Below are positions 20,603 through 30,692 of a stretch of DNA of 64,000 nt, piece by piece. This stretch comes from an uncultured Methanosarcinaceae archaeon (GTDB lineage Archaea; Halobacteriota; Methanosarcinia; Methanosarcinales; Methanosarcinaceae). The stretch covers positions 64,001 to 128,000 of the forward strand of contig CAVRJG010000015.1 in the NCBI GenBank assembly GCA_963721455.1, written 5' to 3'. Each line of letters starts with the position of its first letter. Within the stretch, counting starts at the first letter, position 1. The notes under the pieces were generated by a model. The model was not told where the DNA came from. It worked only from the letters and a program-made list of their open reading frames with translations, and made no database searches. The translations under genes and the position numbers were made by a program.

Positions 20603-21532
20603 ATGTATGACCTGATAATTGTAGGAGGGGGGCCCGCAGGGCTCGCGGCCGGGATCTATGCCGTACGTTTCGGGCTTGACACTCTTATTCTTGAGAGAAG
20701 CGAGATTAGCGGCCAGATCGCTCTTGCAGATACCGTGGAAAATTACCCTGGCTTTCCGTCGATTTCAGGGCTTGAATTAATGGAAAAATACAAAAACCAT
20801 GCTCAGGAAGCCGGGGTAGAAACAAAGATAACAGAAGTCCTCTCCGTTCGCGCTGAAGGGGAAAAGAAAATAGTCTCCACGGACAGCGGAGACCTTGAGT
20901 CAAGAGCTGTCATAATTGCCACAGGAGCAAATCCCAAGCATCTGAACGTGCCTGGAGAAAAAGAGTTTATTAGTAAAGGGGTTTCCTACTGCGCCCTCTG
21001 TGACGGGCCTTTTTTTAGAAACAAAACCGTTGTAGTAGTCGGAGGCGGCAACTCGGCAATTACGGATGCCCTTGTCCTTTCAAAAATTGCCCGGAAGGTC
21101 TATCTTATTCATAGGAAGGACCGGTTGAGGGCTGCGAAAGTCCTTCAGGACAGGGCTTTTGCAACTCCGAATATTGAATTCATTTTTAATGCCTGCTTAC
21201 TGGGAATCATAGGAAGCAGCGGAGATATTCGAAGGGTTGAAAAAATTGTCTTTAAAGACCTCAAAAGTGGGGAACACCGCGAACTGGCTACAGACGGCGT
21301 TTTCATCTATGTAGGCATTCATCCGAACACTGAAATCATTGATGTGAAGAAGGACGGGGAGGGGTTTATCCAGACGGATCGCTCACTGGAGACCTCGGAG
21401 AAAGGAATTTATGCTGTTGGAGACTGCCGTGACACCCCAATCTGGCAGCTTGTGGCAGCAGTTAGAGATGGGGCACTCGCAGCTACTGCCGCAAATGAGT
21501 ACATAGAATACCTCAAAAAACAGGTTACATGA
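20603..21532 (+). CDS. trxB: NADPH-dependent thioredoxin-disulfide reductase
   Basis: GGGPAG, ENYPGF, GVSYCALCDG, GGGNSA, HRKDRLRA motifs. Confidence 0.93.
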   Translation: MYDLIIVGGGPAGLAAGIYAVRFGLDTLILERSEISGQIALADTVENYPGFPSISGLELMEKYKNHAQEAGVETKITEVLSVRAEGEKKIVSTDSGDLESRAVIIATGANPKHLNVPGEKEFISKGVSYCALCDGPFFRNKTVVVVGGGNSAITDALVLSKIARKVYLIHRKDRLRAAKVLQDRAFATPNIEFIFNACLLGIIGSSGDIRRVEKIVFKDLKSGEHRELATDGVFIYVGIHPNTEIIDVKKDGEGFIQTDRSLETSEKGIYAVGDCRDTPIWQLVAAVRDGALAATAANEYIEYLKKQVT

Positions 21533-21673
21533 AAAACGATCTGAATCAGGACCTCCTGGCCGAAATTGCCTTAAAGTTTCACTATCTGTATATTTGAAAA
21601 GAAGGGACAGCAAATTTGTCCTGCCCCGAATTTCTATTTTCCGCGCTCTTTTCCGCGCTTTTATTTCTCAGGC

Positions 21674-21964
21674 TTAATCTACCAGCTGGTTGATTTTATT
21701 GTAGAAATCTATGATCAGCCTTGTTGCCTCGCTCTCCATATTCAGCTGGAAAGTCCGAATTTGCTTTCCCAGGGGTTTTTCTATGACAATGCCTGATGCG
21801 ATCAGAGGGGTGATAACCCTTGATACGCTCGAGTGAGACAGGCCAGTTTCTTCGGCTATCCCTGAAAGGTAGGTTGATTCGTTCTGGCGTTCGATCAAGT
21901 TCTTAAGGACTGTCATTTGTGCGGTTTTTCCGAAGATTTTTTCTAGTGGATCCATTGTTATCAT
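21674..21964 (-). CDS. small winged-helix DNA-binding protein
   Basis: LSGIAEETGLSHSSVSRVI HTH followed by a wing. Confidence 0.8.
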   Translation of the reverse strand: MITMDPLEKIFGKTAQMTVLKNLIERQNESTYLSGIAEETGLSHSSVSRVITPLIASGIVIEKPLGKQIRTFQLNMESEATRLIIDFYNKINQLVD

Positions 21965-22195
21965 CTCAGAGGTGGCTGTTCTCCGTAAGCGATTCTTATT
22001 TCCAATATTAACTTGCTATTTATGGTTATAAACTTATCTCCTTATTGGTTAAGTCCGGCGATCCATAAAAATTCTTCTAAATATTTGGATAACTCTTTTC
22101 CATTCATACTGTATCAAATTTAAATCACCGTATATTCCAAAAGATTTGAGAAATGTTTAATACCTAAGAAAATCTATACTGTATGGTGATGGAGG

Positions 22196-22723
22196 GTGAT
22201 GCATAATAAAAATCTTGATCATGAGATTTTGAAATTGATTGAAGCACAGCCTGAAATAAGTGATCGGGATATCGCCTGTACTCTTTCAGTTCCAGAGGAA
22301 CTGGTAAAGATCCGAATTGCAAATTTTAAAGATACAAGGCAGAAAATCCTGATTATGGGTGATGGGAGTAATATCTCCAATATTAAGGCGACGCTTGAAG
22401 CTGAAGATTATAACGTTGTTAAAGCTAACGTTGTTAAAGCCCCTAGCGGCTTTTCTGCGCTTGAAGCGGTAAAATCTGAAAAACCCGACCTTGTCCTGCT
22501 GGATACCGGGCTTGCGGATATTGAAGGTTTTAAAATATGCAGGCAGCTTAAAGCCAGTTCAAGATACTGGTGGATACCAGTGATGATGCTCAGTGAAAGG
22601 GACGGGGTGAAAAACAGAGTTGAAGCTTTTGAGTCAGGAGCTGATGATTATGTTTCTACGCCTTTTAACCCTCTGGAACTTAGGGCCAGAGTAGGGATGA
22701 TATTAAGGCGTACTCGAATCTAA
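22196..22723 (+). CDS. HTH + atypical response-regulator receiver protein
   Basis: N-terminal AsnC-like HTH; receiver with PDLVLLD, GF.ICR.LK, IPVMMLS and GADDYV. Confidence 0.85.
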   Translation: MMHNKNLDHEILKLIEAQPEISDRDIACTLSVPEELVKIRIANFKDTRQKILIMGDGSNISNIKATLEAEDYNVVKANVVKAPSGFSALEAVKSEKPDLVLLDTGLADIEGFKICRQLKASSRYWWIPVMMLSERDGVKNRVEAFESGADDYVSTPFNPLELRARVGMILRRTRI

Positions 22724-23548
22724 CCTGAAAGGAGAAAACCGGCTTATAACAGGAACAATTTTTTTTCTTTCTATTCTAAAGCTCTGTAAACTGGGGAGAT
22801 TACTCTGAAAACTAAATCTTTTTAGAGCCTTTCTCCAGAATTTTTTTTCCTGCATTTCTCCAAGTATGTTAGAAATGTACTCATAGATATCTTTATGATT
22901 TCTTTACATGCCCCTTAAACTACACTAATTAATTTATTCTTTCCGTTGCAGTCTTCTTTGCAGTAATATTTATTATCTTTATAATGATCTTTAGAATACA
23001 TTTTCAGAAGATGGAAAGATGTGGAAAGAAGAACCTGGCTTATTGTAAGTTTCCCCAGACCAGAAAAATCCTCAAGCTTTCAATCTAAAAAGGCAACGAT
23101 GACGTTTTGACCGGCCGTGAGAGGAAGTAGTCCCTGCTTTTGCTGAAATAGAACTTGCCAAATTTCTCCGGCTTCATTTTATGGATCAATTTTTTTCCTG
23201 GTCAGGGCAGGACAGCGGATTAAATAGAGGAAAACCGGAAGAACTTAAGCCTGATATAAATATATTTTCTTAATTTTAATACTAATTTGAAAGAATATAA
23301 TATAAAGTTATTTTACTTTATCTAATTATAGTCCATATTTTAAAAACCTTATTTTTAAAATAATAGTGTGTAGAAATATTTCCAAATCCTTAAAAAAGAG
23401 CAAAACGTAAATTATCATGTAACTGTAAATATGTCCTTATTTTTAATACGGAGCTAAAGTACAAAATCAATTTAATACTCTGAAGGCATATATTATTATT
23501 GCTAGAGTAGATGTGGTAAACGGTGGAAAAACATAATCGAAAAAAGGT

Positions 23549-24439
23549 GTGGGTAGAGCTATGACTTCAAATGAATGGTACAATAAAGGCGTTGCACTCC
23601 ATGAACTTAAACGGTTTGCAGAAGCTCTGGATGCATACAACAAAGCTCTGGAAATAAGCCCTGGTAATGCAAAAATCCTGTTTAGCAAAGGGATGGTTCT
23701 GAAAAGTCTTGTGAGATATGATGAAGCTCTCGATGCCCTTAACAGGTCCCTTCAGATCAACCCTGCAGATGCGAAAACCTGGTATTCCAAAGCTGAACTG
23801 CTTTTGGGTTTTATGCAATATGGGGAAGCTCTGGATGCATACTACCGAGCTATATCTCTCGCTCCTGAAGACCCTGAAGTCTGGTACAGGCGGGGAATGG
23901 CTCTGAGGGAAATGAAGGCATACGAAGATGCTATGGATGATTTTGAGATGGCTATCCGCCTCTATGAAAAGAGCTGTGATATGAGCTCTATGAGTGCGAG
24001 CGAATGGTGCAAAAAAGGCATGGGTCTCTGTAAGATAAAGAGTTTTCAAGAAGCCATTGACGCTTTTAACAGGGCTCTTGAGTTAAACCCTGCAAACGGG
24101 AAAGCCCTTTATAACAAGGGTGTGGCTCTCCGCTGGCTTGGAAAACACGACGAAGCAAGACTCTATATCGAAAAAGCAGTGGAGGTTTTTGACACCAAGA
24201 TAAAAGCAAATCCCGAGAATGCCAGGTTCTGGTACAATAAGGGAATTGCCCTGAGAGACCTGGAAAAATACAAAGAGGCGCTTGAAGCTTTTGAGAGAGC
24301 TATCGATATCAATCCGAGTTTTACAAAAGCCTGGATTGGCAAGGGTATTGTATACGACAGGGTTAAGAAACACCAGAAAGCAATGGAAGCCTACGAAAGG
24401 GCAGTCGATATAAATCCGATATATTCGGATCTCCTTTAA
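23549..24439 (+). CDS. tetratricopeptide-repeat protein
   Basis: Repeated WYNKG..L...EA..A...A..I.P units. Confidence 0.92.
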   Translation: MGRAMTSNEWYNKGVALHELKRFAEALDAYNKALEISPGNAKILFSKGMVLKSLVRYDEALDALNRSLQINPADAKTWYSKAELLLGFMQYGEALDAYYRAISLAPEDPEVWYRRGMALREMKAYEDAMDDFEMAIRLYEKSCDMSSMSASEWCKKGMGLCKIKSFQEAIDAFNRALELNPANGKALYNKGVALRWLGKHDEARLYIEKAVEVFDTKIKANPENARFWYNKGIALRDLEKYKEALEAFERAIDINPSFTKAWIGKGIVYDRVKKHQKAMEAYERAVDINPIYSDLL

Positions 24440-24700
24440 GTAGCCAAACCGCAGGGTTTTCCATAGAAGCAGCAGATCCGGAGTCGAAAAAGCCGTTAGT
24501 CAAAAGTCCTTTACCGGATTCCTGGATCTGGCGGCCAAAAATTTTCTTTTCTTCTTAACTCTATCTGGCTTATATAGCAGGTATGGAAAAGTGGTCATAA
24601 AATAACGGATATGGAAAAAATGATATGAAAAGTAAGCTTATTCATATTTTTTTAGCCTTATTATTTATTGTGCGAATTTCAGGTTTAACTGCGTGCCTGT

Positions 24701-25417
24701 TCAGAGCCCGGATATATCAAGCAAATCCGAAAATGCGTTGAGCTTGAAATCGAAGCACTGGTCCATTTCTTCTGCAGGTCTCCAGTCTCCGTAGGAAGCA
24801 TAAGCGGTTTTCAATCCAAGCTTGCGGGCGGGGATCATGTCCCTTCTGATACTGTCTCCAACTACCAGACTTTCTCCGGGTTTTATCCCTAAAGCCTCAA
24901 GGGCAAAAAGAAAATGTGCAGGGTCTGGCTTTTTTGTGCCTGTCATGTCCGCAGCCACGAGAGGATCGAAGTAATCCCGAAGCCCGACTCTTGTAAGCCT
25001 TGCCAGGGCATGGTAACTATCGGCATCCGTTATAATCGCAAGCTTCAAGCCCATTTTTTTCAGCTCATCAAGAGTATCTCTTACACCGGGATAGAGTTTG
25101 AGGTTTTGCAGTTTTTCCCTTTCATATATCTCACAGCACTGCCTGTAGCCCTGAGCTGTAAAAAGGTTCCTTTCCTGCATATAATCCCTGATATTTTCGT
25201 AATCTTCAAAACCGTAAACTCCTCTCAGGAAATATTCAAAAAGTTCCGAAGGTTCTTCTGCAATGCCTCCTTTTCCTCTTCCAATATATGAGAGAATCTC
25301 TTTACAAGCTCCAAGCTTTGCGGCTACGAAATCAAAAAGGGTGTTGTCCATATCAAAGAGTACTGCCTTCAGGGTTTCGGGATAAGTTCTTTCCATGGTT
25401 TTCTGAATCTCTTTCAT
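24701..25417 (-). CDS. HAD-superfamily hydrolase
   Basis: FDMDNTL, KKPDP, VGDS..RD motifs. Confidence 0.92.
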   Translation of the reverse strand: MKEIQKTMERTYPETLKAVLFDMDNTLFDFVAAKLGACKEILSYIGRGKGGIAEEPSELFEYFLRGVYGFEDYENIRDYMQERNLFTAQGYRQCCEIYEREKLQNLKLYPGVRDTLDELKKMGLKLAIITDADSYHALARLTRVGLRDYFDPLVAADMTGTKKPDPAHFLFALEALGIKPGESLVVGDSIRRDMIPARKLGLKTAYASYGDWRPAEEMDQCFDFKLNAFSDLLDISGL

Positions 25418-25667
25418 GTTTTTCTAAATTTTTTCAATTTTTTGATCTGCCCGGTTTTTCTGGATTTGCCAGGTCTCGCGGTCTGGTTTTTTCTTTTCCT
25501 GTTATCCTTTCCGGAACTTTTCCAAATGTTTTTTGGGGAGAGGCTATAAAAGCCATAAAGGACAGATGTATAAATCATAAATGAACAACAGATTTAAGTA
25601 AATAACGAACGCGGGCACTTGAGAATCCGCAGGGTCTATTCTAAAAGGCAATACAGGAAATTTTGAT

Positions 25668-26864
25668 ATGAGTTCCGACGAACCAAAGGATAAAACCTTC
25701 GTTTATGAAGGTAGAGAAGAGAAAACTGATGCTGAAAAGGGGACGGTTTCCGAAGATTTGTATGTTCTGAGTGATTCGGGGGATGCGGGTAAGCAAGAAG
25801 TTAGCGATGAAGTCCTTGCAGCCGAACTTAACGAATGCGGACTCGACTTTCTCAGGCTTGGCAAGTTCAATGAAGCAATTGTGGCTTTCAATAAGGCAAT
25901 CGAGAAGGATCCAAATAATATTTACCTTTTTAATAATAAGGCTGCAGCACTTGAAACCCTTGGAAGATACGAGGAGGCTCTCGAGCTCTATGAGAAAGCT
26001 GTCAAAATCAATCCCGAAGATCCGGACCTCTGGAATAATATGGCTTTCTCCTTTTCCCAGGCTGGAAAATATGAAGACGCTGTTAAAGCCTATGAAAAGG
26101 CTCTTGAGCTCAGTCCGGACTATCCCAATGCATGGTACGGAAAGGCCCTTAACCTGAGCCAGGCAGGAGACTACGAGCAGGCGATCGAAGCCTATGAAAA
26201 AGTCCTCGAGGAAAATCCCGATTATAAAGAAGCCTGGGTAGGAAAAGGCATAGCTCTCGGGCAGATGGGAAATTATGACGAAGCAATTGTTGCTTACGAC
26301 AAGGCACTCGAACTTGATCCTGGCTTTCTCGAAGCCTGGCAATATAAAGGCGTGGATCTTGACAGCCTTGGCAGTTACAGGCAGGCGTTGAAAGCGTATG
26401 AAAAAGCCGTTGAACTGGACCCTGAGAACGATGATGCCTGGAATAATATGGGAATAGACCTCGAAAACCTCGAAATGTATGATGAAGCAATTAAAGCCTT
26501 TGAAAAAGCCATCGAAATTAACGCCGAAAACGCCGATGTCTGGTACAACAAAGGCTTTACCCTCAGCCAGATGCAGAGGTTTGAGGAAGCTGCCGAGGCA
26601 TACAGGAAAGCCACGCAGCTGGATCCCGAATATTTTGAAGCCTATTCCAGCCTGGGTTTCATGCTCGCCCAGCTCAAACGCTTCGAAGAAGCTCTGGAAA
26701 TTTATGAAAAGGCACTTAACCTCAATTCACAGGCTGCAGATTCATGGTTCGGAAAAGCTGTCTGCCTGAGTTTTCTTGGGCGGGCAGAAGAGGCTGAAGA
26801 CGCATACCGAAAAGCTGTAGAAATTGACCCCGTGTATGCTGAGGTTGGGGGAGACATACAGTAA
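25668..26864 (+). CDS. tetratricopeptide-repeat protein (about 10 TPRs, acidic N-terminal extension)
   Basis: Regular 34-aa repeats (AW..KG..L...G.Y.EA..AYEKA.EL.P). Confidence 0.93.
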   Translation: MSSDEPKDKTFVYEGREEKTDAEKGTVSEDLYVLSDSGDAGKQEVSDEVLAAELNECGLDFLRLGKFNEAIVAFNKAIEKDPNNIYLFNNKAAALETLGRYEEALELYEKAVKINPEDPDLWNNMAFSFSQAGKYEDAVKAYEKALELSPDYPNAWYGKALNLSQAGDYEQAIEAYEKVLEENPDYKEAWVGKGIALGQMGNYDEAIVAYDKALELDPGFLEAWQYKGVDLDSLGSYRQALKAYEKAVELDPENDDAWNNMGIDLENLEMYDEAIKAFEKAIEINAENADVWYNKGFTLSQMQRFEEAAEAYRKATQLDPEYFEAYSSLGFMLAQLKRFEEALEIYEKALNLNSQAADSWFGKAVCLSFLGRAEEAEDAYRKAVEIDPVYAEVGGDIQ

Positions 26865-26936
26865 TCAAAAAGGATTTCTACCTTTTATTTTTTCCATTTT
26901 TTCAGCTCAAGCGGCCTGAAGGGGGAGGGCTTTAGC

Positions 26937-27288
26937 GTGAAAATAGGAATCCTGTCGCAGGAACAAAAATCATGTTCCACTCGCCGTCTTTTGGAGGCAG
27001 GAAAAAAGAGGGCATACGATGTACGTAATCGAAACAATTCGCTGCTACATAAATATTACCTCCTCTCGTCCTACGATCCGCTACAGGTGAAATACCCGTG
27101 AGAACAGAGGAAGGTGGCATCATTATAGGGAAAGATAATTTCTCCTGGTCAATGAAGGGGATGCACTTTTCCATGTCGCTTGCTTTGAGCGGATAGAACT
27201 CGTGGAATCCCAGCTTGAAGAGTTTATGAATATGGACCAGAGCCTCCGGGATCTGTATAGAGTCAGGGAGCCCGTGTCGAGTCCTTAG
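26937..27288 (+). pseudogene. fused remnants: 5' end of a bacterial-type rimK and 3' end of a succinylglutamate desuccinylase/aspartoacylase-family gene
   Basis: GTG after GGGGGAGG gives MKIGILSQEQKSCSTRRLLEAGK, then after a frameshift RGHTMYVIETIRCYINITSSRPTIRYR*. Downstream: EGGIIIGKDN, then after a shift LVNEGDALFHVACFE...SSP*. Confidence 0.7.
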
Positions 27289-27477
27289 ATAACCTTAATT
27301 TCTTCTCCTGGCCTTAATTTCTTTCCCATCTTCCCTGAGGAATTCTGAAGAAGCTCAAATTAAAAGCAGAATACAGTGTCGGAAAGCATAATTCTATATA
27401 CGGGGAAGTCTTTTTAAATAAATACTTATCCTTTTTAATTTCAAGCCACTCATTTGAATGACGGATAGGATGAAAGA

Positions 27478-28401
27478 ATGAAAGGATGGATTCTTTATAA
27501 GAACCGGGCTGCAGAATTAAAGCAAGAGTTGTATGAAATACACCGCTTTATCGAAGTTGCGCGCGAGAAAGGGATAGAACTCGAGGTCGTAAAACCTGAC
27601 CAGTTTGACCTTATAGTAACAAGGGATGATAGAAAAAGTATTCTCCTTGAGGGTGAAGTCGTTCCTCTGCCCGACTTTCTCCTTCCAAGAATGGGCGCAG
27701 GTACAACATATTTTGCCCTTGCAGTCATCCGTCACCTTGAGCGTCTGGGAGTCCGCGTTTTTAATTCTTCCCAGAGCATCGACACGGTCAAGGATAAACT
27801 CTATTCCCAGCAGATCCTGGCAGAAAGAGGAATTTCCTCTCCGAACACAATGTTTGCCAAAAACCCGGTCAATATAGACCTTGTAGAAAAATACCTGGGC
27901 TTTCCTCTTATCGTAAAAGCTCTCTCAGGCTCCATGGGCAAAGGCATTTTTCTTTCGGAAAACCATACCAATTTCCGGGATATTATGGAACTGATACACA
28001 TAACCAATCCCAATGCAAACATTATTCTCCAGGAGTTCATAAAATCCAGTGTCGGCAGGGATCTCCGTGTCCTCGTGATAGGAGGCCGTGCAGTCGCCTG
28101 TATGGAACGGGTAGCCCCTGCAGGCAGTTTTAAGTCCAATTACTCAAGAGGCGGGGAAGTCCGAAAATTCGACATGACCCCTGAAATAGAAAAGCTCGCA
28201 ACCGAAACAGCCCGCATTTTCGGCCTCGACATCGCAGGCATAGACCTCCTTTTCGACGGCGACCACTTCAAAGTCTGCGAGGCTAATTCCTCCCCAGGCT
28301 TCGAAGGGCTTGAGCAGTGCTGCGAAATAAATGTTGCAGGGATGATTTACGATTTTATAAGGGAAAAGGTAGAAGAAACGCACATGAAATTCTTCGAATA
28401 A
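27478..28401 (+). CDS. RimK-family ATP-grasp alpha-L-glutamate ligase
   Basis: PRMGAGTTYF, KDKL, GSMGKG, QEFI, GRDLRV, FKSN.SRGG, GIDLL, EANSSPGFEG motifs. Confidence 0.92.
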   Translation: MKGWILYKNRAAELKQELYEIHRFIEVAREKGIELEVVKPDQFDLIVTRDDRKSILLEGEVVPLPDFLLPRMGAGTTYFALAVIRHLERLGVRVFNSSQSIDTVKDKLYSQQILAERGISSPNTMFAKNPVNIDLVEKYLGFPLIVKALSGSMGKGIFLSENHTNFRDIMELIHITNPNANIILQEFIKSSVGRDLRVLVIGGRAVACMERVAPAGSFKSNYSRGGEVRKFDMTPEIEKLATETARIFGLDIAGIDLLFDGDHFKVCEANSSPGFEGLEQCCEINVAGMIYDFIREKVEETHMKFFE

Positions 28402-28659
28402 CATGCCCAAATAAATGAAAGTACTTTTCACTTACCTTTTTGGTTATTAACTCTATCATTACCTTTGGACAGGAAGGTTATCTTTAATTTGGCTCTTCGA
28501 AGCCGTAAGAAAACTAACCATTGAATTTGCCATCGAAGGCCCAAATGTGACTTTGATCACGGATGCCAAATTGCCTTTGAGGTAATTCTACTGTCAAGAG
28601 GATCGAGAGAGCACGTGAGGAGGATCTCCTCATGTACTTTCATGCTAATGTAAGAGATT

Positions 28660-29127
28660 TCAGACCAGTTCAGCCTTTATGATTTTCACGTCGGTTTTCG
28701 GGCGGTCCTGGCGGCCAGTTTTCACCTTTCCCATAGCATCTACAACCTCCATGCCGTCTATTACCTTCCCGAAAACAGGATGCATTTTGTCGAGATGGTT
28801 ATTATTTACAAGGTTGATAAAGAACTGGCTGCCACCTGTGTTCGGGCCTGCATTTGCCATGGAGAGAGTGCCCTTTTCATTCCGGTTGTGCTTCGTGAAC
28901 TCGTCCGGAATTTCATATCCTGGCCCTCCCATACCCGTTCCTGTCGGGTCTCCGCCCTGGATCATGAATTTGTCGATAATCCTGTGGAAAATAACTCCAT
29001 CATAGAATCCTTTCTCCACAAGTTTCGCAAAATTTCCTGCCGTAATCGGCATGTCTTCAAAAAGCTCGATTGTTATGTCGCCCATAGTGGTGTGCAGAAC
29101 CACTTTCTTTCCCTTCCATAAAGCCAT
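28660..29127 (-). CDS. cyclophilin-type peptidyl-prolyl cis-trans isomerase
   Basis: FHRII..FMIQGGDP.G.G.GG, LSMANAGPNTGGSQFFI, HPVFGKV motifs. Confidence 0.95.
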   Translation of the reverse strand: MALWKGKKVVLHTTMGDITIELFEDMPITAGNFAKLVEKGFYDGVIFHRIIDKFMIQGGDPTGTGMGGPGYEIPDEFTKHNRNEKGTLSMANAGPNTGGSQFFINLVNNNHLDKMHPVFGKVIDGMEVVDAMGKVKTGRQDRPKTDVKIIKAELV

Positions 29128-29273
29128 TTATCTTCCTCTGCCAGTCTTGTGATCTTATATTTATTTGTGCCTGTCTTTTTGTCGGCTTGTTTTGTCAGCT
29201 TTTCTGCATTGTATGTCCGGCTAGAATGTAAATGCTTCGCCAGCCGAGTTCCGCTTCGGCAGCACGGTGTCCG

Positions 29274-29386
29274 TTTCGCTTCGCTCAAGCGGACTAATTT
29301 ATGGATAAGTAAACATTGCTTTTCGCTCGCTCAAACGGACTAATTTAGGATAAGTAACATTGCTTTTCGTATCGCTCAGGCGGACT
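29274..29386 (+). repeat. about 45-bp tandem repeat, 2.5 copies, core TTTCGCTTCGCTCAAGCGGACT
   Basis: Units at 29274-29320 and 29321-29364, plus a core-only copy at 29365-29386. Confidence 0.85.
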
Positions 29387-29558
29387 GGAAGCCAAAAACC
29401 GTAGCAGTTTGCTAACCTTTCGCGTTCTCTTTATGAAGGTTTTCTACCTGCTCTATTATTTTATATGAATCACTACGTTTTTATAGTCGGGATGGTTTAT
29501 TTTTGAGCGGGGAAGAAATTCTATTAAGTTCCGAGAAGTAATAGTGGGGGAAATTGTT

Positions 29559-30108
29559 ATGAACAGACTCCAGGTTTTTTACCTGAGGATAACTGCAAGC
29601 CTCTTGATTATGCTATTAATGCTTCCAGTTTCAGTAGCGTTAAATCACGAAATAGAGACTGTTCTGGGAGATGAAATCGGTGAGACAGATTTTACATCGA
29701 GATACAATGAAACTGAGCGGATGGAACAGGAAATCGGCCTGAGTTTCGATTTGCTTACATCCATGCTTCAAAAGCCTGACAACGACCTTAACCCGATAAA
29801 TGAAATCCCGAACTCCGAGCTCGAAGAACATACTTTTCTGCAGCTTGCGACCGATGGGACAAATACAGGCATAGAAATAGTGGGTTCCATAATTGCAGTC
29901 CTGAAATCGAATCCTGAAAACCCGAACGAGATGAAAACTGCCCTGGTTTCCTTAAATGAAAACATGGCACAGCTCAATGCAAGCCTCGAATACCCGGACG
30001 GCATGACTCGAAGTTGCCAATTCGACCTCTGGAGAACCTGATAGCACCACGCCTATGATTGAGGATATGTTCCAAAGCTTAAAAGCAATGTCAGAGGTTC
30101 TTGGCTGA
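29559..30108 (+). pseudogene. secreted hypothetical protein with an apparent frameshift near 30008
   Basis: Signal-like ITASLLIMLLMLPVSVA followed by an acidic helical body. The same composition resumes in another frame (EVANSTSGEPDSTTPMIEDMFQSLKAMSEVLG*). Confidence 0.55.
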
Positions 30109-30692
30109 AACTTCGATACCGAAGTAGAAAGAGGAAACTGATAGAACTGGAGAAGGGTCAATACACAAGTATTTGGAGCTGATGATCTCATCATTTGAAG
30201 CCGATGATCTCGTAATTCGAAACTCATGATCTCGTCGGCTGATTGAGTTCTTTTTTGGAGGTCCCGCAGTTAATAGGAAGATATTATTCCGGGGAAACCT
30301 GAATAGCATCTTCAGGTCTGTTTTTTCCCGTGCACAGGCGCGACTGGAACCCACTGGTTTTGAGCAAATGAAGACAAAGCTTCAGCGGCAGTGGAAAAAT
30401 CGAATATAAATATCAACTATTCAATAATGGACGATCATCACCTTAGAGATATGTTAAAAGCATCTTAGATAGTCTTAAAAAAGAGAAAATAACTTTTTTG
30501 TATAGGGCAACTCTTGAAAAAAAACGGTTGTGCGAATATTTTGCAGTAGCGTACACTTTTTTTGAGATACCTATAACCCGCAGCCTGCTACGAGGATGAA
30601 GACTTCCTCATAAATCGTATAAAATTTCATGATATGTCAATAGTGCTGGCACGAATATACCCCATTGCCTTTCTGCAAGCTCCGGCAGCACG

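Noticed and set aside
23000-23250. Coding-like stretch between the response regulator and the TPR gene
   Set aside because: Stops in all frames and no motif I can assign.
29274-29386. Possible mini-CRISPR array
   Set aside because: The intervening sequences are near-identical rather than unique spacers, and there are no cas genes.
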